Of a DNA stretch of 64,000 nt, positions 18,901 to 28,384 are shown in pieces. The notes under the pieces were generated by a model. That model did no database searches. It was not told the DNA's origin and saw only the letters and a list, made by a program, of their open reading frames with translations. Positions within the stretch are counted from its first letter, which is position 1; each line of letters opens with the position of its first letter. Made by a program: the position numbers and the translations under genes. Origin of the DNA: a virus; IMG/VR virus record IMGVR_UViG_3300017710_002137, positions 1-64,000 of that record; one strand, given 5' to 3'.

Positions 18901-21341
18901 ATGTTATCTACACACACATTAAGGCGGTTTCAAAGAGTAATAGAGTTGAAAACAAACATGAATATGGTATAGATGATACAATGTTGTATCATATGTTGGA
19001 ATCTCTTGGGTGGAACGCTGATATGGGTGTTCAAGGTCAAGCGTTGTGGGAATATGCATTTGGTAAAGATATAGATGGCAATCAAACCACCACAATGAGT
19101 GGTAAGGATAGACAACATGAGATTTGGAGAAGATTATTAAATAACTTACCATATCTCTATAAACATAAAGGTACAAAAAGAGCAATCTCTGCGGCTTTAA
19201 GTTGTTATGGTGTACCTGCTTCCTTATTAACAATAATGGAATTTGGTGGACCAACTGACCCAGATGGAGATACTCCACAAACATTTACTTATCAAGATAG
19301 AACAGCATCTATTCTACTAAGCGGTTCAGCTGCTATTACAGTTCCATGGAAAAAATTTACATCAGTATTTAGTGATGATTATCCTAACTCTGTTGAGATT
19401 AGAATAAACACAGAACAAAGACAAGACCAAACAATAATGAGTACTGATGGATGGTCTTTACATATAAATAAAGATACTGGTTCACTTGCATCAATAGAAC
19501 TAAAAGTAAGTGGAAGTGATACCATATATTCTTCATCTACGAATCTTGGAGCATTGTATAATGATGAATATACACAAATAGTAGTACAAAAAACAGTAAC
19601 TGGTTCTAATGATGTATTTTATCTATATGCACAAGAGCCGTTTCAAGGTAGAATACGAACAAAATTAAGTTCAAGTTTAGAAATTTCAGGAGTTAGTTCT
19701 TGGAAGAGTGGTAGTGATTTGGTTATTGGTGGTGATAACTTAACTGCATCAATTGATGAATTTAGATTATGGAGAACTCCACTATCTGATTCAAAAATAG
19801 ATAACCATACACTTTTACCAGATGCTATAGATGGTAACCATGTATCTGCTTCTACAACTGATTTAATATTAAGACATGATTTTGAATATCCAAAAAATAG
19901 ACATACAAGTGGAGATGTTAATATAAAAAGTGTATCTATTAATAGAACATATAGTACATCTTCAATTGCATCTAACTTTGAAAATGTTTCATCATATCCA
20001 TATCAATATAAATCATATGATAGAGATGTAACGGCGGTTGTACCATCAACTGGTAACACTGTTGGTAACAAAGTAAGATTTGAAACTCAAACTTTAATTT
20101 CTGATTTAAATTATAAAAGTAGAGCAACTAAAAAATCATTTGACCAATCACCTACCGATTCAAATAGATTAGGATTATTCTTTTCTCCAACAAAGGAGAT
20201 TAACATGGATATCGTAAAATCATTTGGAAAGTTTAATATTGATGATTATATAGGAGACCCTTCTGATGATTATAAACCTACTTACGCTAAACTAAATCAA
20301 TTAAGAGGTTATTATTTCGATAGATATTCTTTAAACATCTATGAATATATTCAACTAATTAGATACATAGACCAATCATTATTTAATATTATTATTTCAT
20401 TAATACCAGGAAGAGCTCAAACAAGTCAAGGTTTGTTAATAGAACCCCATATTCTTGAAAGAAGTAAAACACAATGGAAACCATCCACTGCAGTTAAAAA
20501 AGATTATAAATCGGTTATTGATATTACTGATATAGGAGTATCTTCTGATAATAAACAATACTTGACAATAGTATCCGCATCAGACAATACATCATTAAGT
20601 GGCGAATCAAGTGATTTTGTTTCTGTTATTGATACCGATACTTCAAAAGTTTTAGTAGGAACTCATTCAGATTTTTCTGCAACAATTGGTACTGAGGATA
20701 ATACAACATTAAATGGATTTATCACTGCAAACTCAGGTTCTGATATGGCAGGGATTTCATTTACAATAGATAACACAAATTTAGGAGAATCAATACAAGG
20801 TGAATTTGATTCTGATTCTTTTACTCAAATAGGAACAGATTCGGACTCATTATCAATAGCTGGATTTGGTGTATTTGGTAAAAACGGAAACTCTATCAGA
20901 ACTAAACTTGATTCTGATAATAATTATATTCAAGAAAGAATAAAGATTTTCTTACTTAAAAAATCATATCAAGTTGATATACCAGAAAACGTATCAGTAG
21001 ATGCATCACAAGGTAGACAATTTGTATCCACAACCAAATATAAAAAGATTGTAAATATTTTACCATTTACTGGTTCTGATGGAAACGAATCAACAAATCC
21101 AACTGTAAGTGGAGATATCGTGGAGGTTACACCTTTAAATGGTTATTTCCCAACACATTACAGAAATACAGGAGACTTATCTGCTGGATTGGAAAATTCG
21201 TTTTATAATGGTTCTAAACAAACAAGTGCAACAACTTTAGATGGTGGTTCACCTGTTGTAACGTTTACTACAAATCCGAATACATTAAAAGTTTCTGATA
21301 GTGGTAGAGGAAGTGGAGAACCAATTTTAGAGGTAGATTAA
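15570..21341 (+). CDS. Large baseplate/tail structural protein (gp7/tail-I-like segment plus LamG-like domain) with disordered N-terminus
   Basis: 1923 aa. LPYLYKHKGTKRAI resembles the tail protein I/gp7 'KGT' motif; SIDEFRLWRTPLS is LamG-like; N-terminal 370 aa are low complexity. Confidence 0.65.
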   Translation: MRRRFDQDDFNDYENNFGNPFGNNPQGFEPETLSAVTSLRGGGGGGGGRVSPPRGGTVSPRPVRSNPPRPPKEPFEEISHLPIKPKTPIFVKPDLPPIVVKPNTGTIKPIEVDPVRVKGGCKDPKAVNYDSTATYDNGKCVYPNIKIKQTVKDKNAPVKITVATDRGPATVMVDGKDVGTTNGTGEFHTLILNFTEKELLQRKIITVKKSNFASKDEWRVSSVQRSITKTIKPIIDTTPVLSGGRPELPDVSSPRPRPSSGNVNPRVTPSSDGFNRDMDDYLGNNKQFLGGTGFGEFNGNIGPSRTSGGNTIGFDDINFGFGGASSNRRNNFSTINFGGYGYDNFDNLPKLGLPPRDVPARSFIRKPYGNIGTSPIKTSPTLKPAKLTLGTIPFNYYEIVLERKVDGKWVQQPSDYSTFSKTNVSVRPKSHSLRVGFSLRKNVEILESPKIESTYKVRIIGDVPTDDTIVWKTNYGQVGSVLDDDDIVIFQIEQQVGDPEPRIEFYANGITDFTHNGSFQIKSGKNNKEFKGLETSFRLYPGNNDIQVQVFKEPVSEPPTKPALKLDRTSAQLNISDPKAIRIGYKSVDADKVIYTLGKVKKTIPLNGTITLSGKDFPNGAGTYTLYVQPVSRRGGSGDIEKCIITAESKAYLPGPDITHINYPQVIKGPDFKGIDVDFNISWQSVNTNYIHIYLGKPVRENYLGKFEPQGVAQFNMRNIIKKGRRFGALRNSRNIINFQLLLVPYNEEGDSRATGKFETVNITFDKGDLTLRRGRVVGDLRTSFVKQWNSKGFDDFTSPFLTHYLHLGDGNNKLIGTWGIDETTFSDKITNPTTNQIEYKNIEKSIVLKLYEPIPRNVGTNDKIWISKIQSIPLIDTITITDDIVSQCTPLTPNFNLDVSDEIGYQILDDLISSGSASSTDVISQFVSSSDFSLENLNIEFVTQSSVVKEVGTGLLLEKAGIEDYNWKEFIKYSSAGERVENFYYKIKLLENYEDKYNTVNSLTSSIATRNEAKKLQFKIGEVKRGFDAFEKFLYSKPTSLSYPGAGLNSISSSEDSSTISWFNGILNSARDYDKYNTARLSFNLPKHIRDDENNSDFILFSDMVGQHFDVIYTHIKAVSKSNRVENKHEYGIDDTMLYHMLESLGWNADMGVQGQALWEYAFGKDIDGNQTTTMSGKDRQHEIWRRLLNNLPYLYKHKGTKRAISAALSCYGVPASLLTIMEFGGPTDPDGDTPQTFTYQDRTASILLSGSAAITVPWKKFTSVFSDDYPNSVEIRINTEQRQDQTIMSTDGWSLHINKDTGSLASIELKVSGSDTIYSSSTNLGALYNDEYTQIVVQKTVTGSNDVFYLYAQEPFQGRIRTKLSSSLEISGVSSWKSGSDLVIGGDNLTASIDEFRLWRTPLSDSKIDNHTLLPDAIDGNHVSASTTDLILRHDFEYPKNRHTSGDVNIKSVSINRTYSTSSIASNFENVSSYPYQYKSYDRDVTAVVPSTGNTVGNKVRFETQTLISDLNYKSRATKKSFDQSPTDSNRLGLFFSPTKEINMDIVKSFGKFNIDDYIGDPSDDYKPTYAKLNQLRGYYFDRYSLNIYEYIQLIRYIDQSLFNIIISLIPGRAQTSQGLLIEPHILERSKTQWKPSTAVKKDYKSVIDITDIGVSSDNKQYLTIVSASDNTSLSGESSDFVSVIDTDTSKVLVGTHSDFSATIGTEDNTTLNGFITANSGSDMAGISFTIDNTNLGESIQGEFDSDSFTQIGTDSDSLSIAGFGVFGKNGNSIRTKLDSDNNYIQERIKIFLLKKSYQVDIPENVSVDASQGRQFVSTTKYKKIVNILPFTGSDGNESTNPTVSGDIVEVTPLNGYFPTHYRNTGDLSAGLENSFYNGSKQTSATTLDGGSPVVTFTTNPNTLKVSDSGRGSGEPILEVD

Positions 21342-21360
21342 ACGATTTTATGATTTACTT

Positions 21361-21369
21361 ATATTTATA
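21361..21369 (+). promoter_or_regulatory. Putative late promoter ATATTTATA
   Basis: Intergenic, 34 nt before ATG 21404. Confidence 0.6.
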
Positions 21370-21403
21370 TATTGAATAACATTAACAAAGGAATTTTTAA
21401 ATT

Positions 21404-22057
21404 ATGGCTTATTTAAATAACACCGAAATCACAGTAGATGCGATTCTCACTAAGAAGGGTAGAGAGAAATTAGCAGCTGGAGATGGTTTAAACATCACAA
21501 AGTTCGCTTTGGGTGATGATGAAATTGATTACACCCTTTACGAACCAGCACACCCAAAGGGAAGTGCTTATTATGATGCGGCAATTAAAGCAATTCCGAT
21601 TACTGAAGCTTCACCCGATGAAACTCAAGTATTAAGACATAAATTAGTTACTTTACCAAAAGGTACAACTAAGATACCTAAAGTTGAATTTGGTATCCCT
21701 TCTATAAGAGTTTCACCATCATCTGGTCAAGTAACTCTTTCACCAACTACATCACCAAGTGGTAACACACAACAAGGATATACAGTAATACTTGCTAATA
21801 AAAACGCAGGTTCTATTGTTGGTAGTGGTTTAGCAGCAGGAGCAGCAACTACTCCATCATTCTTAGGAGATGAAATTACACAAACAGCAGCAATTGAAAC
21901 TGGATTAACATTTACGTTTATTCCAAATCCAAGTCTGTTAAGAGCGTTAACAACAACTATAACGGTTTATGGAAACGAAACAGGTGGTTCACAAACTATT
22001 CCTGTTACAATTACTGACCCAAGAAGAAGCTTAGGTACACCTATTAGACGACTCTAA
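21404..22057 (+). CDS. Virion structural protein (tail-collar/baseplate-like N-terminus)
   Basis: DAILTKKGREKLA..ITKFALGDDEIDY motif. Confidence 0.6.
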   Translation: MAYLNNTEITVDAILTKKGREKLAAGDGLNITKFALGDDEIDYTLYEPAHPKGSAYYDAAIKAIPITEASPDETQVLRHKLVTLPKGTTKIPKVEFGIPSIRVSPSSGQVTLSPTTSPSGNTQQGYTVILANKNAGSIVGSGLAAGAATTPSFLGDEITQTAAIETGLTFTFIPNPSLLRALTTTITVYGNETGGSQTIPVTITDPRRSLGTPIRRL

Positions 22058-22093
22058 TGGATAAAAAATTAAAGTAAAAAAGGAAAATAAAAA

Positions 22094-23323
22094 ATGGCAC
22101 AAATAGCAGGACAAGCTGGAGTAAATTTAACAACTGAGTTATCAACGTATTTAGCTGATAATCAAGGTACTCTTACTTCAGAACAATTATCATCAATCAT
22201 TAATCAGTATTTAACTGGTGGTGATAAATTAGGTGCAAGTGGGGGAGCAATCGCTCAAGGCATCTATAAACGATTTGGTGAATTTGACCAAATAACAGGT
22301 AAAGTTGAAGTTGTCACGACTGGATTGTGGAGTGGAGATACTGGAAGTTTATCAACTTTCTTTACTTCATCAACACAAGTTTCTCAGGCAAGTTCAAACT
22401 ACTATCTAAATGTATATAATACTGACCCAGCAAGTGATACATCAGCCGCTGTACAATACGCAGTTGCATATGGACACAGAACTGGTCAAGGTTCTATATC
22501 ATTAGCAAATTCAGATTCATCAACTTTAGCAAGTAAAGCAACTTATGCTCAATATCGTTCAATATTATTGGATAATGATGATACTCAATTCACATTTGTA
22601 TCTTCATCAGCAGCTGGAACACATGACTCAGATAGTATCTATGTAATCAATGTAGCTCGTGCCCGTTACAAAGAGAAAATGGATGCTGGAAACTGGTCAT
22701 TGAAAATTAGTGGTTCTAATGGAATCTCTACATTGATTGATGATAGTGGAAAGAAATTCTCAGATACAGTTGGTAAAGCTGGTAGAGTATTTGATGTTGC
22801 AAGTGGTTCATTAAATTTAGGAACTGAAAATGAAGCAACAGTTAATACAACAACCGCTTCAAATGGACAAGGATTGGGTAAATTCTATCCTGACCAAGGT
22901 TTAGTAATTCTTAATCCAACTGCGATTCATAATTTAATCGGAACTTCAATAGATAAGGATAATGATAAAGGAGCTTCCATTTCTACATCTGTAGCTACAG
23001 AAGGTAAAAATCATTTCTTATTACACAACGCTATTGTAGGTGGGGGAGATTTTGAAGCAAGAAGAACAGAAAATGTTTCTACATCACATTACTTTGTAAG
23101 AGCAACAAATAGAGAATTTAACTTCTCTAACAACCCAACGTTTGTAACTGGTTCAGATGGTTCATTTGCAGAATCAAGTTTTGAAACTGACCCAAGAACC
23201 TTTATCAGTACAATTGGTTTATATAATGATTCAAACGAGATACTGGCAGTTGCTAAAACATCACAACCAATTCCTAAATCATTTGATAAAGAAGTATTAA
23301 TCAAAGTAAAACTTGACTTTTAA
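22094..23323 (+). CDS. Virion structural protein
   Basis: Ser/Thr/Gly-rich; C-terminal TIGLYNDSNEILAVAK domain; followed by a terminator. Confidence 0.65.
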   Translation: MAQIAGQAGVNLTTELSTYLADNQGTLTSEQLSSIINQYLTGGDKLGASGGAIAQGIYKRFGEFDQITGKVEVVTTGLWSGDTGSLSTFFTSSTQVSQASSNYYLNVYNTDPASDTSAAVQYAVAYGHRTGQGSISLANSDSSTLASKATYAQYRSILLDNDDTQFTFVSSSAAGTHDSDSIYVINVARARYKEKMDAGNWSLKISGSNGISTLIDDSGKKFSDTVGKAGRVFDVASGSLNLGTENEATVNTTTASNGQGLGKFYPDQGLVILNPTAIHNLIGTSIDKDNDKGASISTSVATEGKNHFLLHNAIVGGGDFEARRTENVSTSHYFVRATNREFNFSNNPTFVTGSDGSFAESSFETDPRTFISTIGLYNDSNEILAVAKTSQPIPKSFDKEVLIKVKLDF

Positions 23324-23397
23324 TAAATAACACAGAACACTTAAGGTTGCAAACTTAAAGGTTCACGAAAAACTTAAAGAATGATATCGTTCTTTAT

Positions 23398-23421
23398 ACC
23401 CCACCGAAAGTGGGGTTTTTT
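23398..23421 (+). terminator. Rho-independent terminator
   Basis: ACCCCAC-CGAAA-GTGGGGT followed by a T run. Confidence 0.88.
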
Positions 23422-23429
23422 GTTTCACT

Positions 23430-23438
23430 ATATTTATA
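23430..23438 (+). promoter_or_regulatory. Putative late promoter ATATTTATA
   Basis: Directly after the terminator and before the AAGGAG Shine-Dalgarno of gene 23457. Confidence 0.65.
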
Positions 23439-23456
23439 TAAAGGAGTATTGAATCT

Positions 23457-24590
23457 ATGATAAAAAATATACCAAAAACGGCAGTTTGGAAAAAGAGTTT
23501 TCCTGTTTATAAACAATTTACTGTTTCTAATTCGGACTATGAAGTAATATCTGGTTCTTTAGAAACAGGAAGTTTTGAAACAGGTTCTTTCAACAAGCAG
23601 GGTAATGTATATACTCATCCATTAATTAAATCGATTATACATAAGTACTATGGTGACCATAGTAATCCATTTACAATGTATGGGGTTGTAAGTGATATTG
23701 GTAATTTTAGAAACGAAAGACAAACTGGTTCTAACGCATATGTTATATCAATTGACCAAGAAAAATATGGTGAAGGTATAAAAAAGAACTCATTACTACT
23801 AACTGACCATGGAAATACGATTGTATATTCAGATGATGGTAGTGGTAATATAGTTTCACAATATCCAAACTACACAATTAATAGTATAGATTTTCAAACA
23901 GGTGACATTACTATAACAGATACCGATAATGAAATATTTACAGGAAGTATTGCAAACTTTGATGTTGAGAGTGGTGTAGCTATTTTAACATTTGGTATTG
24001 ATACTGATTCTGTTGATGTAATGGTATTGGATTTTTCAGAAAATAGACTACAAACTTCTGTAGCTTTAGATTTTGATGAATTAGAGATTGATGAAGCTAG
24101 ATACGGAAACGTATTTTATGCAGATGGTACAGTAATATTGTGGGATAATCCAATTACAAATTATACTGCACAATATAGAAGTACTAAAACTATTCACGAA
24201 ACAGAAGTTCTTGTACAAGTTAAAGCGGGTGAATTTAATTTTTCACAAAACCCTTCTGCTGTAGATGTTACTTTATTTAAAACTCCATATGAATTTGATA
24301 TATCACAACCATCAATACATAGAAGAGCACACAAACGAAAAATAAAAGAAATTTTAGATATATCAAGAAAAGAAGAATATTATGGAACTGTTGGAACATC
24401 GACAGGAAGTTGGGATGATTATGATAAATACAGACAAACAGACCCAACAGGTTCATATTTAGCACCATTTATTACAACCATTGCATTATACGATGATGAT
24501 GGAGATATGGTTGCAGTTGCAAAATTACCAACACCAATTAAAAATTTACCAGATATGGATATGAACTTTATTGTTCGTTTCGATACTTAA
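23457..24590 (+). CDS. Virion structural protein, paralog of 22094..23323
   Basis: Shares the D-DG-GN segment, G-(V/K)FY-DG, EFNFSxNP and the C-terminal TI(A/G)LY-D..AVAK domain. Confidence 0.65.
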   Translation: MIKNIPKTAVWKKSFPVYKQFTVSNSDYEVISGSLETGSFETGSFNKQGNVYTHPLIKSIIHKYYGDHSNPFTMYGVVSDIGNFRNERQTGSNAYVISIDQEKYGEGIKKNSLLLTDHGNTIVYSDDGSGNIVSQYPNYTINSIDFQTGDITITDTDNEIFTGSIANFDVESGVAILTFGIDTDSVDVMVLDFSENRLQTSVALDFDELEIDEARYGNVFYADGTVILWDNPITNYTAQYRSTKTIHETEVLVQVKAGEFNFSQNPSAVDVTLFKTPYEFDISQPSIHRRAHKRKIKEILDISRKEEYYGTVGTSTGSWDDYDKYRQTDPTGSYLAPFITTIALYDDDGDMVAVAKLPTPIKNLPDMDMNFIVRFDT

Positions 24591-24593
24591 TTA

Positions 24594-24602
24594 ATATTTA
24601 TA
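24594..24602 (+). promoter_or_regulatory. Putative late promoter ATATTTATA
   Basis: Lies 22 nt before ATG 24625; AAGGAG Shine-Dalgarno follows. Confidence 0.6.
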
Positions 24603-24624
24603 TAATACAAAGGAGATACTTATT

Positions 24625-24807
24625 ATGGCATCAATTGAAGAACTTTACAACAAATCTGAATTCGCAAAATTTCCACAAGGAAAAGATAAAGATAAAACAC
24701 CTATCGAATTAGATGGTGGAAAAGATTTAAGAAACGAAGAGAATCTAGCAAAAGCTAGAGGTGGAAAACTGAACTTGAAAAAGTATTCAGAATCAGTTAC
24801 ACGCTAA
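24625..24807 (+). CDS. Small charged hypothetical protein
   Basis: 60 aa with its own promoter motif and Shine-Dalgarno. Confidence 0.65.
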   Translation: MASIEELYNKSEFAKFPQGKDKDKTPIELDGGKDLRNEENLAKARGGKLNLKKYSESVTR

Positions 24808-24817
24808 ATCTATAATT

Positions 24818-25390
24818 TTGGGTTTACTTATTAATACCCATCATAAATGGGCTTTTGTTCATATTCCAAAAACAGGAGGCACAAGTTTGTCAAAAGTTTT
24901 GGCAAACATTCCAAATACTGCAAATCCTGCTGGTCACGATTCTCTAAGAATATTAGAGACTAACTTATCGGAATATTTTAAATTTACTCTTGTAAGAAAT
25001 CCTTTTACAAGAATAGCATCAGCATACTTTCATGAAATTAGAAAAACAGGATATATGACTTTTGAATCTTTTTTAAAAAATTCGAATGAATATGATTTAT
25101 GGTTTTTAAATCAAACTTATTATACACATGAAGGATGTACAAACGATAAACACATGAATTATATTGGTAGATATGAAAACTACTCAAATGATGTTGAATA
25201 CTTATTTAATAAAATAGGTATAGATTCAAATATTCCTCATTTAAATCGTAATCCAATTTACGATAAACATCCAAACTTAGACCAACACAAATATTACAAG
25301 CATTTATATTCTGAGAAGTGGATGAAGGATTGGGTACGAGAGAGGTATTATAATGATTTCAAAATTTTTAACTATGGGATGGACATATAA
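24818..25390 (+). CDS. Sulfotransferase (Sulfotransfer_2-like)
   Basis: 5'-PSB motif FVHIPKTGGTS and 3'-PB motif VRNPFTRIASAY. Confidence 0.88.
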   Translation: MGLLINTHHKWAFVHIPKTGGTSLSKVLANIPNTANPAGHDSLRILETNLSEYFKFTLVRNPFTRIASAYFHEIRKTGYMTFESFLKNSNEYDLWFLNQTYYTHEGCTNDKHMNYIGRYENYSNDVEYLFNKIGIDSNIPHLNRNPIYDKHPNLDQHKYYKHLYSEKWMKDWVRERYYNDFKIFNYGMDI

Positions 25391-25820
25391 CGGAAAATGT
25401 ATAACAGAAATATCAGATATGCCAGAAGGTACTATCGGATTCATATACAAAATTACAAATGGACAAACAGGTCAATATTATATAGGAAAAAAATCTCTAT
25501 ATTCACATAGAACTTTACCACCACTAAAGGGTTACAAAAGAAAAAGAAAAGTAGTGAAAGAATCTAAGTGGCAAGATTATCGTTCATCTAATGCAAATGT
25601 ACAACTTTGGTTTAGTGAAAATGATAAAGCTTTGAATGAAGATAGAAGAAAAGATATTAATGATAGATTAGAATTAAGGATTCTTAGATTCTGTAAAGGT
25701 AAAAAATCCTTAACCTATTATGAACTACAAGAACAATTCTCACATAATGTACTTGCAGACGAGTTATCTCTAAATGATAACTTATTAGGAAAGTTTTTTA
25801 GAAAAGACTTGGAAAATTAA
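25374..25820 (+). CDS. GIY-YIG-like nuclease-fold protein
   Basis: GFIYKITN..GQYYIGKK motif; ATG 25374 (MGWTYNG) is the likely start within ORF 25353..25820. Confidence 0.7.
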   Translation: MGWTYNGKCITEISDMPEGTIGFIYKITNGQTGQYYIGKKSLYSHRTLPPLKGYKRKRKVVKESKWQDYRSSNANVQLWFSENDKALNEDRRKDINDRLELRILRFCKGKKSLTYYELQEQFSHNVLADELSLNDNLLGKFFRKDLEN

Positions 25821-25839
25821 AATATTTTTTGTATATTTG
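25809..25839 (+). promoter_or_regulatory. Bacteroidetes-type promoter (-33 TTG / -7 TATATTTG)
   Basis: TTG 25809-25811, 20-nt spacer, TATATTTG 25832-25839. Confidence 0.65.
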
Positions 25840-25843
25840 ATAT

Positions 25844-26599
25844 ATGGGTAAGAATACTTTAGTTGTAATGGGATGCTCTATGACAGAAGGTCAAGGATGT
25901 TGGGGTGATTTTAATAAACACATCACAAAAGTTGATGATATCTTAAAACTAAGGAAAAAATATATTAATAGATTTTACGAATTTGGTTGGCCAAATATTG
26001 TAGCTAAAGAACTTGGATTTGATAAAGTAATAAATTTAGGTAAAATAGGAAGTTCAACATCAGGTCAACTAAAGTTTTTTAAAGAACAGAATTTTGGTAA
26101 TGATAATGTATATATTATATGGATGTTAACTGAGCCAATTCGGTTTTCTTTTTATAAAAAAGGAAAAATAAAAAACATTCATCCAGCTAAAGGAACACCT
26201 ATTGGAAATTCCTATATAGATTTTGTAGATGATATAACATTAGATTCGTGTCTTGAACAATTATTTTACATTAAGTGTATGAGAGATATTTCTAAATTGA
26301 ATAACTATAATTTATTAATTACACATTGGAACTCTGCATCTAAACACACTCAATCATTAGATGATGTTACTGATAACTATTTACACAAAGTTCCAACAAC
26401 TATATTACCATCTAATAGAAAATTTATTTCAAATGTATGTGGTCATCCTAATGAATTGGGATATGATTGGATGGCAAAAACTATATTAAAAGAAATTAAA
26501 AATAATAATAAAAATTTTATCATATCTGATAAAAAAGATAAATTAGAATATATTGCACCTGAACACAAATCATATACTATAAATAAAGAATTACTATAA
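25844..26599 (+). CDS. SGNH/GDSL hydrolase-like protein
   Basis: GCSMTEG (block I), NLGKIGSS (block II) and GHPNELGY (block V). Confidence 0.75.
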   Translation: MGKNTLVVMGCSMTEGQGCWGDFNKHITKVDDILKLRKKYINRFYEFGWPNIVAKELGFDKVINLGKIGSSTSGQLKFFKEQNFGNDNVYIIWMLTEPIRFSFYKKGKIKNIHPAKGTPIGNSYIDFVDDITLDSCLEQLFYIKCMRDISKLNNYNLLITHWNSASKHTQSLDDVTDNYLHKVPTTILPSNRKFISNVCGHPNELGYDWMAKTILKEIKNNNKNFIISDKKDKLEYIAPEHKSYTINKELL

Positions 26600-27129
26600 T
26601 GAGTGTTAAACAGATAAAAAATATATTAAATTTAGATACGTTATCTATTATCAAAAAGAATAATAGGGATGTTTTTATTAAACAAATTAATAATCTTCAA
26701 AAAAGTAAAGAATTTTGGAATTATAAAATAGTTCAATTTAGTAACGATGTATCAATATATAACTTACCAACAGATAGTTTAGAATTTGATTTAATAAAAA
26801 AAGATATAGATAAATTAAATTTAGAGGTTAATATACAAGGAATAATGTATTACTATTGGCAACCTGGTTCATATATTCCATGGCATAACGATGGTATCTA
26901 CTCTAATTCTATTACTATATACTTAAATAATAAATGGGATTATAGTGAAGGTGGTTTATTTTTATACAAAGATGGAAACGATATTAAAACTATAATACCA
27001 AGTGATAACTTAGGAGTTATTCAAACGGGTGGTGTTGAACACTCTACAACAATAACAAACACAGAATCCCCAATTAGAAAAACTATTCAAATATTTTTAA
27101 ACGATAAAAAACATAATACACTATTGTGA
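26599..27129 (+). CDS. 2OG-Fe(II) oxygenase (prolyl-hydroxylase-like)
   Basis: WHND, YLN..W...EGG, H and R-x-T motifs. Confidence 0.85.
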   Translation: MSVKQIKNILNLDTLSIIKKNNRDVFIKQINNLQKSKEFWNYKIVQFSNDVSIYNLPTDSLEFDLIKKDIDKLNLEVNIQGIMYYYWQPGSYIPWHNDGIYSNSITIYLNNKWDYSEGGLFLYKDGNDIKTIIPSDNLGVIQTGGVEHSTTITNTESPIRKTIQIFLNDKKHNTLL

Positions 27130-27851
27130 AAACATTTATAATCAGAATAAGTAGTAATGAAGATTCAGTTAGGTCTGTAAAACAAACAATCCAAAGTGCA
27201 AAAGATGTAGGATATAAAGAATCAATTGAAATATTTGAAGCAATTAAACCAACTGAGTGGAAAGAGATTCTACCATATGAAAATACGTTTCATAATTACG
27301 AAAGACCAGATAATGTTGGTGCTTGTTTTGCTTCTCATTATTTGTTGTGGAAAGAGTGTATAAAGTTAAATGAACCTATATTAATATTAGAACATGATGC
27401 AATATTCAAAAGTAATATACCTGATATAGATTTCAATATGTGTGTTAACTTTGGTAGACCGAGTTACATTAGACCTCATCATATGATTTATGAAGAACCA
27501 AAAGATGGATTAAATTGGCCAAATCAAGTTAACTTCTTAGGTCATCATGCATATGCAATTAAACCAAATGCAGCTAAAATATTCTGTGAAGATGTAAAGA
27601 AAAGAACTTTATCTGCAAATGATGTATGGATTGAAAGAGTAACATATCCATGGTTAGAAGAATATAGACCATTCCCCATTTGGGCAGATACTGATTTCTC
27701 TACTATACAAACGATGTTACCAGATGAAAACCCACTAAAACAAAAATATGATGAAATTACTGATGTTAATAGTCCTTATTACGATTATTTAATGAAACAT
27801 TTTTCTCATGTTCTAAAAGGACCACAATCAGAAAGACATATAGATATATGA
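27126..27851 (+). CDS. Glycosyltransferase family 25-like
   Basis: GACFASHYLLW..C....PILILEHDA and HAYAI motifs. Confidence 0.8.
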   Translation: MKTFIIRISSNEDSVRSVKQTIQSAKDVGYKESIEIFEAIKPTEWKEILPYENTFHNYERPDNVGACFASHYLLWKECIKLNEPILILEHDAIFKSNIPDIDFNMCVNFGRPSYIRPHHMIYEEPKDGLNWPNQVNFLGHHAYAIKPNAAKIFCEDVKKRTLSANDVWIERVTYPWLEEYRPFPIWADTDFSTIQTMLPDENPLKQKYDEITDVNSPYYDYLMKHFSHVLKGPQSERHIDI

Positions 27852-28384
27852 TATTAGAAAAAAATATATTATCTAAGAGTGAATGTGATTTGTTTATAGA
27901 AAGAGCAACACTAAAAGGATTTAAAAATAGTTTAATTGGTGATGGAAACGAAAATTCTAATATAAGAACTTCCTATGAGGTAAATTTAGATATAGATGAT
28001 GTAGTTGGTAATCTATTATTAAATAAATTAAATGAGTTTAATATTACATCACTACCAAAGTATCTAAAAGTAATAAAATACACTAAAGGTTCTTTTTTTA
28101 AAAAACATAAAGATACCTACGATGATGTAAAAAATCGTAAAAGGTATAAAACAATGGTTTTACAACTATCTAATACTGCGGATTATCAAGGAGGTGATTT
28201 GAAGGTTTATACTGACTTGAGTAAAGATATATATTTCCCTATATCAAGACAACAGGGTTCGGTTTCTATATTTCCAAGTGATTTTACACATGAGGTTTTG
28301 GAAATTATTGACGGAATTAGGTACACTATTGTTATGTGGTTAGAATCAGATAATTTTGATAGTAATAAAAAAATATTAATATAA
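27848..28384 (+). CDS. 2OG-Fe(II) oxygenase
   Basis: FKKHKD, YQGGDL and FPS..THEV...GIRYTIVMW motifs. Confidence 0.88.
   Translation: MILEKNILSKSECDLFIERATLKGFKNSLIGDGNENSNIRTSYEVNLDIDDVVGNLLLNKLNEFNITSLPKYLKVIKYTKGSFFKKHKDTYDDVKNRKRYKTMVLQLSNTADYQGGDLKVYTDLSKDIYFPISRQQGSVSIFPSDFTHEVLEIIDGIRYTIVMWLESDNFDSNKKILI

Noticed and set aside
5642-24590. Bacterial contractile injection system (eCIS/T6SS) instead of phage
   Set aside because: Primase, recombination nuclease, gp55-like sigma and phage-style gene packing in the same segment indicate a phage genome.
25374-25820. Intron-encoded or mobile homing endonuclease
   Set aside because: Short, no evident DNA-binding extension, and it does not interrupt a gene; treated as a free-standing GIY-YIG-like protein.
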